Source: Halocafeteria seosinensis (taxonomy: Eukaryota). Taken from it: DNA of 64,000 bases. The notes below the pieces were generated by a model, which was not told the DNA's origin, made no database searches, and worked only from the letters and a program-made list of their open reading frames with translations. The position numbers were made by a program, and so were the translations under genes. The DNA is taken from the NCBI GenBank assembly GCA_001687465.1, contig LVLI01000415.1, forward strand, positions 1 to 64,000. Reading direction: 5' to 3'. Positions 12,170 through 25,500 of the stretch are shown in pieces; within the stretch, counting starts at the first letter, position 1; every line of letters begins with the position of its first letter.

Positions 12170-13753
12170 ATGATGCACAAGAGCGAGGAGAAAAAGGAAG
12201 GAGGTGTGTGCGATAAGCTCCTGTCGAAAGCTGTATCTAATCCTTGTTTGTTGTGGAGCGGAGCCATCGTCTTTTACTTGCTCCCGCTGCTTCTCCTGTT
12301 TCTCCTCCACCCCTCTTCACCGCTGCTAGTTACACGTGTTGTCACCTTCCTGGTGGCATCAATTGCGGCCGTCCGCTTTGTGGATCAAGTGGGCTACCCT
12401 GTCGTGCATACCATTGCTACATGGATTGGAAAGGCGCTTGAGAGACTAACGGAACCCAGTTCCTCCACGACGCCGGAGCAACAGCCGACGATGACGACAT
12501 GTTCTCCGGTAGAAAAAGACGACCATGCGGACGGTGAGAAAGAGGAAAAGCAAGACGAGAAAGAGGAGGACGAAGAGGACGATCCTGATTTCTCTAGGTC
12601 TCGACATGCGTCGGCTTCATCCCGAAGGCACTCAAATAATCCCCGGGCCAATGCGGCGCGGGTCAGTTCTGTTCGCATCTCTCGCTCGAGTCACACGAGC
12701 AATCCCGCATCTAACTCCAACGACGTAGGTTGGTTTGCTTCGACACCTTCACTAAGTGCGCAAATGAGCTTGACAGATAATCCAAGGTCGTCCATGTACG
12801 AGAGTAAAGAAGAGCCGCTCAGCACTCATTCCAGCACACTCCCTGCTGTCACTGCCGAAGAAGACGAACCGGAAGAGGAGGAGACCGCATATGAGCGTTC
12901 CAAGGAGCATGGACAACCACAGGCTCCCAATGTAATAGAATCTGTGACAGAAAAGTTAGATGAACGTGCCAGCGAACATCCGTTTAGTTGGCGGCTTTTC
13001 CTCGGAACAGGATATTGCTATGTGATCCTACTCTGGTTGTACAGTCAGATAAGCGAAGACATCGGATGGAGCGATATTGAGGTACCAGAGTCCTTAAAAT
13101 GGCGGAATCTTGTTCACTTGTCCGCTGTCGTCCTCGTCTTCTCCCTTGCAATCCTATTTGCATTCGGAGCTTGGTGTGCTGTCAGGATTTCGAAAGCTGT
13201 CTGGCGGTGGCTAATGTGCGAAGTTCGTCGAATCAGGGAATCAAAAGGCGGCAGCCTTTCGTGCGCCAGTGTTTGCAAATACTTGCTGATTGCGTTTTTT
13301 TCGTTGTCGTTATGCGTGGTCCCAAGCATTTTGCTGCTTATCATGCATCCCCCATCCCCCGTTTTGATGTTGCGATTGGGACTCCTATGCTGTCTGTTGG
13401 TGTCCGGAGATTGCTTCGTACACGAATTATTTAGTCTTCGAGCTCGCTATCGAGGATGCAGCCGCTTTGACTGGACCACATTTTCTGCGGGAGGCTACTT
13501 TTGGATGGTTATGGCCTGGGTATACGGTATTCTAAAGCGAAAGCTTGAAATTGAAGACGACGATATTGATGTTTTCTTGCCGACCTCATTGCCCCTCTCT
13601 GTGGTCCTCGGAGTATCTGTTGTATTTGCACTTGGAGCATGGTGCACCGCTGGAGTCGCTCAGCTTGTGCATAAGCAACTTAGCCGCTCAGAAAGCCTGC
13701 GAATGAACCCTTGTCTTCGTCGCGCCAGCTATCCGGAAACAAAGAGGGCATGA
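12170..13753 (+). CDS. Intronless hypothetical multi-pass membrane protein (527 aa) with an internal duplication
   Basis: Long ORF with about 8 hydrophobic segments. Repeated motif pairs are LLLFLLHPSSPLL / LLLIMHPPSPVL, FSWRLF..GY / FDWTTF..GY and FAFGAWC / FALGAWC. Confidence 0.65.
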   Translation: MMHKSEEKKEGGVCDKLLSKAVSNPCLLWSGAIVFYLLPLLLLFLLHPSSPLLVTRVVTFLVASIAAVRFVDQVGYPVVHTIATWIGKALERLTEPSSSTTPEQQPTMTTCSPVEKDDHADGEKEEKQDEKEEDEEDDPDFSRSRHASASSRRHSNNPRANAARVSSVRISRSSHTSNPASNSNDVGWFASTPSLSAQMSLTDNPRSSMYESKEEPLSTHSSTLPAVTAEEDEPEEEETAYERSKEHGQPQAPNVIESVTEKLDERASEHPFSWRLFLGTGYCYVILLWLYSQISEDIGWSDIEVPESLKWRNLVHLSAVVLVFSLAILFAFGAWCAVRISKAVWRWLMCEVRRIRESKGGSLSCASVCKYLLIAFFSLSLCVVPSILLLIMHPPSPVLMLRLGLLCCLLVSGDCFVHELFSLRARYRGCSRFDWTTFSAGGYFWMVMAWVYGILKRKLEIEDDDIDVFLPTSLPLSVVLGVSVVFALGAWCTAGVAQLVHKQLSRSESLRMNPCLRRASYPETKRA

Positions 13754-14350
13754 GGTAAGTCCAATAAGGGGTTTCCGTTGTGTTGCGCAAACCGAAAGAG
13801 CTGTTGTATCTGTTGATCCGTCGTCCACGGTATCATGTGACAAGCAGTGATGCATCTTTTGTGGTGACTGCGGCAAAGTATGTGTGACCATCATTACGGT
13901 TGTACCGTATAGCGTAGCTTTTCGATATCTCGGGGAGAATGAACCAGGGAAAAAGGAGAGAGAGAAAAAAAAATAAAAAAGAAAATTAATGTACAGTCTC
14001 TCGGTCTTCTGGGCGTATGCATTGTCATGTAGCACAACCCAAGTGTCGTACCCAAAATGCTTTCGCACCCACAACATATCAAACATGTTCTCATGCAGCT
14101 CATGCCTTCGTCTGGCTCTGGTAGCGTACATATTCACGTGAATTGTCCCGTGGTGGTGCTTGTGTGTAGTGTATGGCATGTGTATGTATCATACCACATA
14201 TTCATCTCCTGGTGATGTTGAAGTTGAAGTGACACGAGGGGGCTACTCGTTTGTACATACATAATACGAGATGCATGCGTACGTATGGAGTACGCGCACA
14301 TAATATTCATGTAGTGATTTGTTCTCCCCAGATGGTGTTTGCTTCTCTGG

Positions 14351-14377
14351 CTCTCTCTCTCTCTCTCTGTGTGTGTG
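14351..14377. repeat. Compound (CT)9(GT)4 microsatellite
   Basis: Read directly from the sequence. Confidence 0.9.
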
Positions 14378-14415
14378 ACAGGAGAAAGGAAGGAACACAG
14401 ACGACGTGGGGAACG

Positions 14416-17409
14416 ATGGAGGAGGACGATGTACAATTGTACGTATTATATCTTTCTTTGATCTTTACAAGTGTTTTCACCTCTTTCTGCGTGTGCTTTG
14501 GTATTCTCCAGAACTGGATTCGGAGGAGATGAGAGGGGGGATGCTTCAGAAAAGAAACAAAAACGTGGCAAAACCAGCGGAAATGGGGTCTTATCCATGG
14601 ATGATGTTACTCAGTTGTTTATGCAGTCCGAGGAAGGGTCCCATACCCATCAATCGGCCGATATGACACCGGAGGAAGGAGGGAAAGACGGTCACCACCA
14701 GAAGAAGAAGAAGAAAGCAAGTAGCTCGAAAAAGGAGAATGTCTCCTTCGAATCGTTTGGATTGAGCCAACAGGTGCTCAAGGGGATTAAAACAATGGGA
14801 TACAAAACGACCACTCCGATCCAGAAGAAAACGTTAGAGTACACCCTACGGGGAAAGGATACCGTAGCTATGGCGCGAACGGGATCAGGGAAATCAGCAG
14901 CGTTTATCATTCCCATCCTGGAGAAATTACAAAGTCATTCGCAGAAAGTGGGAGCTCGAGGACTTATTCTAGCCCCAACCAGAGAGCTAGCACTACAGAT
15001 ATTCAAATTTACCAGAGGGTTAGGAAAGCACACAGATCTTCGAATGGGCCTCTTGGTAGGAGGTGAGAGTATCTCAGGGCAGTTTGAGGTGCTAGCAACC
15101 AATCCTGACATCCTTGTTGGAACACCAGGACGAGTCATGCATCTGCTTTCTGAAATACCGGAATTTTCATTGAAAATGGTGCAATGTGTAGTCTTTGATG
15201 AAGCTGATAGACTATTCGAGATGGGTTTCAAGGACCAATTGGCACAAATTTTGTCTTCAACGCCTCAAACAAGACAAACCATGCTTTTCAGTGCCACGCT
15301 CCCCAAAGAACTGGCTCAATTTGCTCGAGCTGGACTGAACAACCCAGAACTGATACGAATTGATTTAGACGCAAAACTGAGTGAGAACTTGCGCATGGCT
15401 TTTTTTACGGTCAGGTCTGATGAAAAACCCGGAGCAACGCTCTGGATCCTTCGAGAATTGATACCCGACTCGGAACAATGCCTTTTGTTCGCAGCAACAA
15501 AGCATCACGTGGAGTTCTTGAAAATGTTATTGAAACAAGTGAGTGAGGCATGGTGTTAGTTTTGCATGTTATTAGCGATTACTTACCGCTGCATTTCTTC
15601 TAACTTGGCAGCACGGAATAACCTCTGAAGCCATCTACGGTGATATGGACTCTGCGGGGCGACAGTTAAATATGAACAAGTTTCGCCAAGGTGTATCGCA
15701 TTGTCGCGTTCTGGTTGTCACTGACGTTGCTTCTAGAGGTATTGATCTGCCGCTTTTAGATAATGTTGTAAGTATTTCTTCAAGCCATTCTAGTTTGTGT
15801 GCGAGCGCTATTGTGTCGCGTATCTCCGCAGATTAACTATGATTTTCCCGACAAGTCGAAACTCTTTGTCCATCGATGCGGACGAGTTGCACGGCAAAAT
15901 AGGCGTGGCACGGCCTTTTCTCTGGTTTCGCCCACTGAAGAGCCCTATATGCTCGATTTATTTTCCTATCTCTGTCGTGAGTCTACTTGCGGCTCCCAGA
16001 AAGTTGATGATACAGATGGTTGTTATAGTTTAGAGTCTATGACACCGGACCAAGTCCACTATGGGGGTTTTCCAAGATCCGTAATGGATTGGGAGATGGA
16101 AAGAGTCCGAGGATACCTGAATGGGGATCCGGATCTAGAGAGCCAGTACAAGACTGCTCTAAACGCCTACAAGATGTACAACAGAACGAAGGGAGAGGCA
16201 AGCAAAAAAGCCGTGAGAGAAGCGAAAGAGCTCCGTCAAGACGCAGTGCATCCGCTACTTTTACAGTACACTGGTGAAAACGAACTATCGACTGCTGATT
16301 TTGCATCACAATTGAGCAAGTTCAGACCCAATCAACTCATAATGGAAATTGAAGGCGCAAAGCATCGGAAAAACGGCGTAACCCAACTAATCCAAAAAAA
16401 GCGGAGCGACCATGACCCGTTAGTCCAATCTAGTTCTATCAGAAAGGAGCCAGAAACACGAGCTGAGCAACCCACGGAACACTCTGAAAGCGAAGAAGAC
16501 GGCGAAGGAGGTGCCAACATTGAAGAACAAAAGCTCGACAATCCTGCCTTAGCGTCAATCCTTCAAACAGAACCATCAAAGGAATCGGGCAGGAAGTTAC
16601 CGAAGAAACGCCTGTCAGTGAAACAGAAGCGACAACTGAAGAAACAGGGTACAATAGATACTAATGGAACATCAATAGAACAGCGAAATGGGCAAAAACG
16701 GAAGCAAGATCCCAAAGAGTTCCAAGATAGCAAGCATTACATCTCCATGGAGCGACCAGAACAAGAAACCGAACGTCATCTGAGTGTGCACGCCGGAGAA
16801 TCCGCCATGCAGCAGATTGATAATAATGTGTTGGACATGGCTCCAGATGAACATGATCAGCTAAACCGTCGACGAAAAGTGAAACATTGGGATAGCAAGA
16901 AGAAGAAATATGTGCAAATGACTGTAGAGGAATTGGCGGAGCAACGTGGAGCAAAGCGCCTTAAAACGGAAAGTGGTAAGGTGGTGCGTAGTGACGGTCA
17001 GGAGCATGGCCAGATATATAAAAAGTGGCAAAAGAAAACAAAGAAGAGTATTCAAAGTGCGGGCACGGAAGAACAAAACATGGGCAATGGCCGTCCCTCC
17101 ATTGACTGGAGAAAGGGAAGCAATGACCCACGTCGGTTCATGCCCGAATTCAGGAAGCCCAATGCAGCGGCACAGGACGAAGACACCGCAGAGGAAGCAA
17201 AAGACGAACTAAGATCCCCAGAAGACATCGCCAAGAAACGTACTGAGCAGTTCAACAAGAAAGTTAAGAATATGAAGGGTGGCATGAAAGCCGCGAAACA
17301 GAAAGGACTTGTCAAGGATAAGAGGAAGACAAACCCGAAGATTTACCGGGGAGCTCCTACCCGGAGCAAAACAATCATCAGATCGAAAGCTGGAAAACGC
17401 AGACGATAA
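14416..17409 (+). CDS. DDX54: DEAD-box RNA helicase DDX54/Dbp10 (spliced)
   Basis: Motifs AMARTGSGKS, PTRELA, TPGR, FDEADRLFEMGF, SAT, VASRGIDLP and HRCGRVAR. The C-terminal DBP10CT-like region reads WDSKKKKYV..KTESG..YKKW. A short first exon MEEDDVQL splices in frame. Confidence 0.95.
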
Positions 17410-17481
17410 CTCTGGAAGCAATAAATTTAGCACATGGGCTTTCCATGTGAGGAAGGTGTTGTATTTGCGGCCTTCGTGCAG

Positions 17482-18406
17482 TTACCGATTGCGCTGTTGT
17501 TCCTTCGTCTTCATGCGTTCCATAGCCCGTTCTGCCATCCTTTTACGTTTACGCTTCTTTTCCTTCTCTTTCTGCTCCTTCTTTCTCCGAATCTTTTCTC
17601 GTTCTTGCTGGGCTTTCTTGCGGTCCTTGCTCTTTATCTGAGACTTTGGTAACCCAACATCTTCTGGGTAGAAGTCGTCTTCGTTGACACGAACCTTGGA
17701 CACTTCAGGTTGCTCTAAGATATAGTCTTTTATCTGCGACAACCCGAGAGAGAAAGAAGTATCCTCTTGGAAAGAAGAGAGCTAATATGCCTTGCAACAC
17801 TGCTCGTACCTCCAGTGCTCGACTCTTCCTGGCTGGCTTCTCTAGCAGGAGTATCATATCTTCTTCTGGTGTATAAGGTGTTACTTGAATGCCGTCCGTT
17901 TCTAAGAGAGCTGCAATGCTGTTGAATCTCCCTGGTTCCAGCTCACGAAGGCAATGAGCACGTCATGGCGTACCTGCCCATTTCGAGCCCAGTTCCCCGG
18001 CTTCGCCTTCCTCGAGTTTCTGGTTTAGTGTTACAAAGAGCATGTTGCTACTCCGGGAGGAGGACTGGTCTTGGATCGCAGCATTCCTTATTTTTTCTTG
18101 CCTGTACTTCATGTCAGCCATGATACTATACACCCACGACGACGGCGTAAAGTGGAAGTCCACATACCATTCGGGTGTGTCTTCATGCCACTCCAAGGAT
18201 TCCTCCTCGTCTTCATTCCATTCCTGTGGGTGAGAGCACCAGTGAATGTACCACAAGTATTGGATTAAATGAGCTTCAGTGGTTCTTACTTGTTCTAATT
18301 TATCCACATCAATGACGCGCCGTTGTATTGGAGAAGCATGGGCGATGGACGACCATCCGCAGAGTATCACCGTGCATGATAATACCACCACATGGATCCC
18401 GGTCAT
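17482..18406 (-). CDS. MESD: MESD/Boca-like ER chaperone (spliced)
   Basis: Signal peptide, then DVDKLEQ|EWNEDEE, MLFVTL..EAGELGSKWA..LETDGIQV and ALE|IKDYILEQPEVSKVRVNEDDF. These parallel MESD LLEQWEKDD, MMFVTV..W and WEIKDFLVGQ. Confidence 0.75.
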
Positions 18407-20668
18407 AGCTCATGGACGTGCATTATTATCAGGGAGGTCTATTACAGATGCTGCTAACAATTCAAACTTAATGAAGACTATTCTTCAATATTGCTGTACT
18501 TCCTGCGGGACTGGAGTCGGGTATACAAATCCCGGAATTCAGAATACCCATGGCAGCGATTGTTCAGCAGCAGCATACTCTTTTTCGTCGAGCACCGGAT
18601 AGTGCACACTTGGTAGTACGTGCGCTGACAAAAAAAAACAGGCCTCTTGGTTAGTGCTTTAGCATCGATAAGCAGGAGGGGTGCAAATTTATCTCGTTCT
18701 TCGCGCAGTTGAGATGGTTTGCGGGACTTGTGGCTTGCTGAGGTTGTCGAGACATTTATCACCATTATCCGTTTGTTTCCAAAGAGGACTTTGATCTTCG
18801 CCATTGTCTTGGTCGTCGTCATCTTGTGTGTGCTGTTAGAAGCCTGGTTAGTCCCTAGCTCTAATTCTAACCGAGGATATATTTTGTATCCAACCCTTGC
18901 TTCTTTTCGCGACAACTGGCCGCGCGATGGACGAATGACACTCTTGAACTCCAGAGTATCCGGCCGAATCCGTAAGACGACAGCTCGAAGATCACCCAAA
19001 ACCATTTGACAATAAACTATTTAACCGTGTCCATTACCACGGTACAGTAATATACACTTGTCTCTACCGGTAAACCTTTTATTACTCCAATAACTCCAAA
19101 AAAGTGGACATGGTATGATTGGCGACAAAATTCTCCGATTTCAATGAAATAGGCTTGGTTTGGAACAGACGGAAGGCATTTCCGAGAGAAACAGTTTCAA
19201 ATCAGCGTCAGCAGATCACGGTTTTCCGCCGAAGATGCTGGTTAAAAATGCCCGGTATGCCTCCACAGATGTATTATTCAAAACCTAAACATTTAATGAG
19301 GCCTTGCCATGGGGTTTTTGAGTTTGGATCGAGTTCAAAGCGGAAGGGCCGAATGTGTTGACCATCGACAGTCTCACCAAGCGGGTATTCAGCCATATCA
19401 ACGGCTGGTAAAGCTTGGGTTGGATTTCCGCGTGATAGTTAACGATAAAGGTCAATAATTTGCAATAACCATGAGTTCTTTGTTATGAGAGTTCACGCAA
19501 TTGATAGTCAGCTGAAGCTTGATAATTGGGGATTCTTGCTTCAACTGAATCGCTAGGGAATTGTCGCTATTAAATGGTCTCATCGGCTGTCGTTCTTGCT
19601 GATTTGAGGTTATACCAAAGTGAATAAATTGTTTTGAATCGATTTATTTGGGATAGATCGCTCGTGTCAAGAAAACTAACTCCATGAGCTCGTCATACCA
19701 TCATTGCCATTGTTCGGATCTAAATCCTGGTTTTCTAATTCACGAACGCTATTAAGTGCCGCCTTCCTCTATGTACACCATTTAATTTTTTTTGGGGAGG
19801 GGGTGCTGAAATGGCGTCAGCACTCTGGTATTTGAGTACAGCACAATTCGTCACGATTCTGGCCCACTGGATTGTTTCGATCGTTGGGGATTTCGTCCCG
19901 CTCAACAAGATTGACCTTTCTTGGAGCGAGAATACCGAGAAATTTATCAGTTTTTCCCCGGACAAGATTTGTCTCATTGATTCGTGATTTTTATGAGCAG
20001 TAGTCTAAGTGCTTCGGTCGAGAGCCTGAAGATGAAAGGAGTTGATCAGAGGGTTTTTCAGAGTTTGTACACTGAGCTTCGCTCATATTCGGTTTGCCGG
20101 TGGAAGTTTGAAATAAACTCGTACTCGATGAACAGTAGCTTTAACTCTGTGGAACGGACAAAATTAACTGATGGAGATGACATTTGCCATCGGATACAAA
20201 TTTTCGGAACTCAGAAAACAAGAGCCGATTTGGAATTGGTTCTGATAGTTATAGCTTGACGTTTCTTGCCCAATCCGACGCTAGTCGGTGCTTTCGTTGT
20301 AAAAGTCCGAGCGTTTTTCTGAGAACTTTCCCCGCTCCTTAGCAGAGGAGCACGTGTGTCTGAGATTTTATTTTGCTTTCTCTCGTCCGACAACCAACGT
20401 AATGCTCTCCCCTCGTCGAACGATACCTCCAAGTTTTAGATACTGGAGTGCATGAAAAGTATTCTTTGGCTTGTAAGGGTTAAGTTGCGAGCGAAGTTAC
20501 CGAGCTGTATCTTTGACTGACTCTCTGTGCGGTCATTGTGAGCAGGGCTCAGCGAGCGGGATGTGATAAAAACAGTGTAGTTGTTATAGGTGTGGCCTGA
20601 GGGAATAGTTACTGAATAAATAATAAATATGGTAAATGGCAGTGGCGACAGAGTTTGCGGTGGCTTGA

Positions 20669-20988
20669 ATCCACATCCATGACGCGTCGTTGTATCGGAT
20701 AAGGATGGGCAATGGACGTCCATCCGGATAGTACCACTGTGCATAATAATACCACCATATTGAGCTAGGTCACGGACGTGGATTATTATCAGGAGGTTCA
20801 TTAAAGACGCTACTCACAATCCGAACCCTAGCTGAAGAGAGTTCTACTGATTCTGCACTTCCTGTGGGTTGGGAGTCGACCGCTAGCCCGGAATACCCGT
20901 TGCTACATTTGTACCAAGGCAATATGGAAGCGACTGCTCAGCAGCATACTCTTTTCCGGAAAGCACCAGGCAGTTTATGCTTGTAGTA
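20669..20988 (-). pseudogene. Diverged partial duplicate of MESD exon 1 and its upstream region (copy of about 18302-18617)
   Basis: Translates as MVVLLCTVVLSGWTSIAHPYPIQRRVMDVD versus VVVLSCTVILCGWSSIAHASPIQRRVIDVD in MESD. Upstream blocks ggacgtg.attattatcagg and cagcagcatactctttt are shared. Confidence 0.8.
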
Positions 20989-22570
20989 GGGGTCCACTCG
21001 ACTTGTGTGGTGCTTATCCCAGAACAAGGAGATGAACGTTCATGACCGGAGCAAATTTTCGGCCGATTTGCGATCGCTGTGCTATGGCGTCGACGATTAT
21101 TTGGCTGGAAAGATATTGGTCAGCTCTTTTTGGCTACCAATTCCGCTTCGAAATCGCGTCGCTTCACCATGCACCAAAGTGACGAGCTCTTCGAAGAAGT
21201 TACACCTCCTTACGTGGACCATAGCTTCGTTCATCGATTCCACGACGCTAGAGCTAATCTTACCATCGTCCTTCTACTTGTCTTCTCGGTTGGTGCACGG
21301 TAGTATTTGACAGGCCTCGGAAGCGTACCACGCGTACCAGTGGTAGTAAAAAAGCTGTCGTGAGTGTCTCAGTCCTCAGCTCAGCTGAGTCAGCTGCACA
21401 ACCGTCTACAGGTACCGGTATACGTCTTCCGGTAGGAGCAATACTAATACACACGCCTGCAGTGCCATTCGCGCGAACTGTGTGGTGCGAACGCAGGTTT
21501 GCACTCTGGTCGGGAATTCACGGATGACATGATCCCAAGCTGTAGGTTCAAGTATATCCATGTATATCTCTGGCAAGCTAGTAGTGCTGGTAAGTGTAAA
21601 CATTGTGAATCACGTGCTTGTGGCATGTGACGTCGCCAAAATTCTCCTCTAAATCCATGTTGAAAAAGTTACGTGACCGGCAGAATCTGACTGGGACGAG
21701 GTATCCACCGTGATCGACAAGAACCTACAAGCAAAAGAATACACCGTGTTGAGCACTGAATTCAAACCGACGAGGAGTTACATATTCGCTCCATAACTAC
21801 ATTTGAACGTTCTTGGACCATTACAGGTATACAGAGTGTATTTGCTAGGCAACGAAGTACCGGAGTAGCTAGTATGTTGCTGGGTATACAGTCTGAAGAT
21901 AACATGCAGGGACTGCGCCAACTTGATTGACGTCTGTTATTTATCTCTTCTGGGCTACATGAAGATTGTACTGGAGCCGTTCCGTCCTGGGGAGTGTGCT
22001 ACCCGTTCACGGTAAAGTCGGTGAAACAGAAAGTTAGCAGTGTTCCTGTACAACTTCCAGCAATTGCGCCCACCTGAGCCATTCTACCAGCGTCCGCAGA
22101 TAGCAGCCCATGTATGGGCTAATTCCTTCAAGCTCTGTCTCACCTAATTCCAGAGGAACAGTCCAACTCTTTGCCAATTCACCACACATACTACGGCGAC
22201 AGCCACACTGTATCGTTCATTGTGATTTCGTAATTCGCGCATATTTAAGGCGTATTTTTCACGAGAAAACCACAACAGTCAGGTCAGGAGTTGAAACGGA
22301 ATTCCTCAAGCCGATTGCTGGTGTATTTCGTTGGAGCTTGTAGGACAAACTACTTTCGATAGCAATTACCCGTGACACACAACGACTGAAAAAATTGATG
22401 TGCAGCAAAAATGGGGACGAGTGAACCACACAAAGCCCCTGTCTGGAAGTTCTTCCACTAGGCAGCGGAGAAATCCTAACCGTGGTATTCAACCAACGAG
22501 CTGTGCAGTAGTTCCCCGTGCTGCTGCCAAGAGTGCTACCAGTGCAGTTAGTTTCAAAATACAGCGGGTT

Positions 22571-25500
22571 TCATAGCACTCGCAACGAGGCTGCCTTCAC
22601 CAAGGATTCAAGTGCTTTTGTATCCTGCAGCGTCTTAATCAATTCGACACCAACTAACCCACTATCTGACCTGAGGTCTTCACGCTCAAATGGATACATA
22701 TCCGAGTCAGCTCCCTTAGTCAAAGAGCTGCCATGCTGCTGCTCTTGCTCAACCCAACTGGAGTTTTTCAGCACGTGTTTACTGTCCCGGCGTTTTTTCA
22801 GCAAATTCAGTCTATGTTCTGGAGAAGCGTCATTGAGCCAATTCACGTCACGGAGTCTTCGCAAAACATTTCCAACGCGCTCTAGGTATCTTTCCGCATC
22901 TCCCGGAGGCAGCTGCTGAGAATCATCTATGCGCAGGTACTGGTTGCCAGCTGGTTCTATGAAATCTGATAGATTCGCACGTTTATCGGTGGTCTTCAGT
23001 AAAGTCTGCTTACAGCGGCTCAGGAGCTTTCGTATGGTATCATCAGTGACGGAAACGCTCGTTACGAAGCCACGAAAGATGTTGGCCTCGATTCTCCGTG
23101 CCACTACGGCCACTAAGAACGGTCTGGCGCCGTTTGTGCCGTTCCCGCTCAGTTCTTGTCCTCGAGTAAAGGCACCTAGCACGTCCTCGAAGCGTAGACC
23201 GAACAGTCTTTCCACGAGCGTGCTATGCAGGAATCCAATGGCATGTTTTCTGTAGAAGTCCGTGACACCTGCGCATGGTGTGCTACCCATTTCAAGAGTT
23301 ACGGCTGTGGCTGTGTCGTCGCCCCGTTGTTCCTCCATAGTTCGATTCCCGTCACCATTAGGTTTCATACGTTTATGCGTCTTTTGTGTAACTTCTTTTC
23401 CTATAGAATCCGCCTCAGAACTGCGTTTTTTCGGAAGCGAAACGGAAGTAACATTCTTGGCGCTGGCAGCTCCACTTTTCGTTGACTTCTTCGAACTAGT
23501 GCCTCTAGTTGCATCAATGTCTTTAGTTGAAGAAGCATTCACAGCATCCTTATACGGAGCTTTGCTGTTGCTACCCTTGAGCGACGACATCATTTGCTCC
23601 AGCGTCATTGGTCCACCCCCCTTCGCTTGTGGTCTCAAGACTTCCCTATCTTCTTTGCTTCCGCTCTCCCTAGTATCATCAGTCAACGATGTATTCAGTT
23701 CTTGTTTTGCCTTCGCGGGATCTAAAGCTGAAGCAGACAACGAACGTTTCCCTGCCACTTTCTTCTTGGTCTTTGTATCTTTGCCTGCAGTTGCGGTACC
23801 TGAGTTAGTAGTTCCACTCTCGCTGATCTTCGCTTTACCTTTGGTCTGTTTCTTCAAGTCTGAAGGGTGGATAGATTCTCCAGACTTATTGGACTTTGTC
23901 GAGGGTGCCACCGCAGAGGTTTCATTGGGCTTCTGTTTATCCGATATCGGTTTTTCCTTCCGACCCTGTAAGGTAGCCTTCCATAATTTCTTTAGCGAAG
24001 CTGCGGCTTGTTTAATAGCCTCTGTGGTATACTTGTTGGCCCGGAGTTTCCTGAGACCTGTAACGAGTTCCGTTTCTTTCAGAAGCCCAACCGTAATTTC
24101 AATGCTTTCACATGCTTTAATCAATTGCTCTGCGTTCCGGAGCCAAAGTAAAGTTTTGTTACTCCTTCGCTCTATTTCTGCATTGGCTTGTCCGAGCATA
24201 GTACTCAAATATTTGGCCCTTTCCGTGTTATCCTCAAAATCAGAAAGTGGCTTCAGTGCATCCATTTCCCTAGTATCCCGCAGTTCGTCAATAACGGTAT
24301 CAGAGTCCGAACTCCAGAATGTACTCAAGCGTTTCGACAAATCACTCTCTTCGTTTAGTCTATCAGCAAAATCCGCAGCGTCTGCAACTTCAGCCGATAC
24401 TCGAGACTGCTTGGGCTTCCGCGTTAGCCAAGTTTGAGCCTCGTCAAAAAAGGACTTGAGTCTTTCCTCTCTCGGGCGCCAACTTGATAATTGTTCTTTC
24501 CGGACAAATGCACTGCATAGGCAGAATTACTCAATAGTTCGAGGTCAATATTGAAAGGCAAAGTCTATTCTACTGACATACAATTGCTCTTCTTTAACAG
24601 GGTTAAACTTTGAAATGAACAATGGCATTACAGCTAGTATTTGAGTTTCCGAATTTTTTTCATCCGATAGTTGCTGTTTGTACTTTGTCTGTTGCGACTC
24701 GGGCATCTCCTCTTGAGGAACAACAATCCCGGGCCATCCCTGCACAAAAATCCTCAAAAGCAGTTAGTGTTGGGATACATATACAATCTCTACCGCTTCA
24801 CACTAACCTTTTTCTCGTTACGAGGTTTTTGGTTTAGCATATGTTCGAGGGACTCGAACTTAGGATCGGTGAGATCAAGTCCTTTGATAACAACAAGTTC
24901 TCCTGACGTAGATGCTTTCGGTGGCTGCGGCGTTCCCGTTTTCTCCTTTACTTTTGGTGTTTCACCTTCGTTCTTACATTTTGATGGCTTATCATCGTCC
25001 TTTTTCGCCCCAACTTTTTCCTTTGCCTGCACTTGCTGCGTCGTCGCCACCGAAGTGCTGGGAGGAGTCTTAGCCGCTGGAGACTTCTTCTTCCTGCGCT
25101 CCTCCTTCTTGCGTTCTCTCTCTTCTTCTTGGTATTCTTTGAATAACTGCTTCACGTATTTCTTATTCTCTTCACTGTAGCCCAAGCACAAGTGGCGAGC
25201 CACCCATTCCTCCTCCCCAGGCCATTGGGGGTAGGTCACAAGGTACCTCGGTCTACCTTTTTTGCTCATTCGCTTCTGTATGACCTTCCCCAGATACAAA
25301 ACTTTCTGTCTATAGTACGTGTACACCCGATCTCCCACTTCGAAATCATCTGTATGAACGCGTTTGGCCTTGGTCTCCTCATCGACATCCTCCTCGGACG
25401 AGTCCGAACTCTGATATAATAGCCCAATTTCATCGCCATCTTGCCCACCAGCATCTTGTTCACTTTCACTATTGTCTTCTCCTTTAACTGGGTCCAAGTC

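Noticed and set aside
10162..14380. 13-bp inverted match (TGTCACACACACA ... TGTGTGTGTGACA) that could be the TIRs of a 4.2-kb element
   Set aside because: The match is almost all microsatellite sequence, and there is no target-site duplication or transposase.
18478..19005. 175-aa minus-strand ORF with YSEFRDLY resembling a PX-domain motif
   Set aside because: It is only a short motif that overlaps the duplicated MESD upstream region, with no other support.
23262..24437. 391-aa plus-strand ORF
   Set aside because: Antisense shadow of the Lys/Ser-rich chromatin protein on the minus strand.
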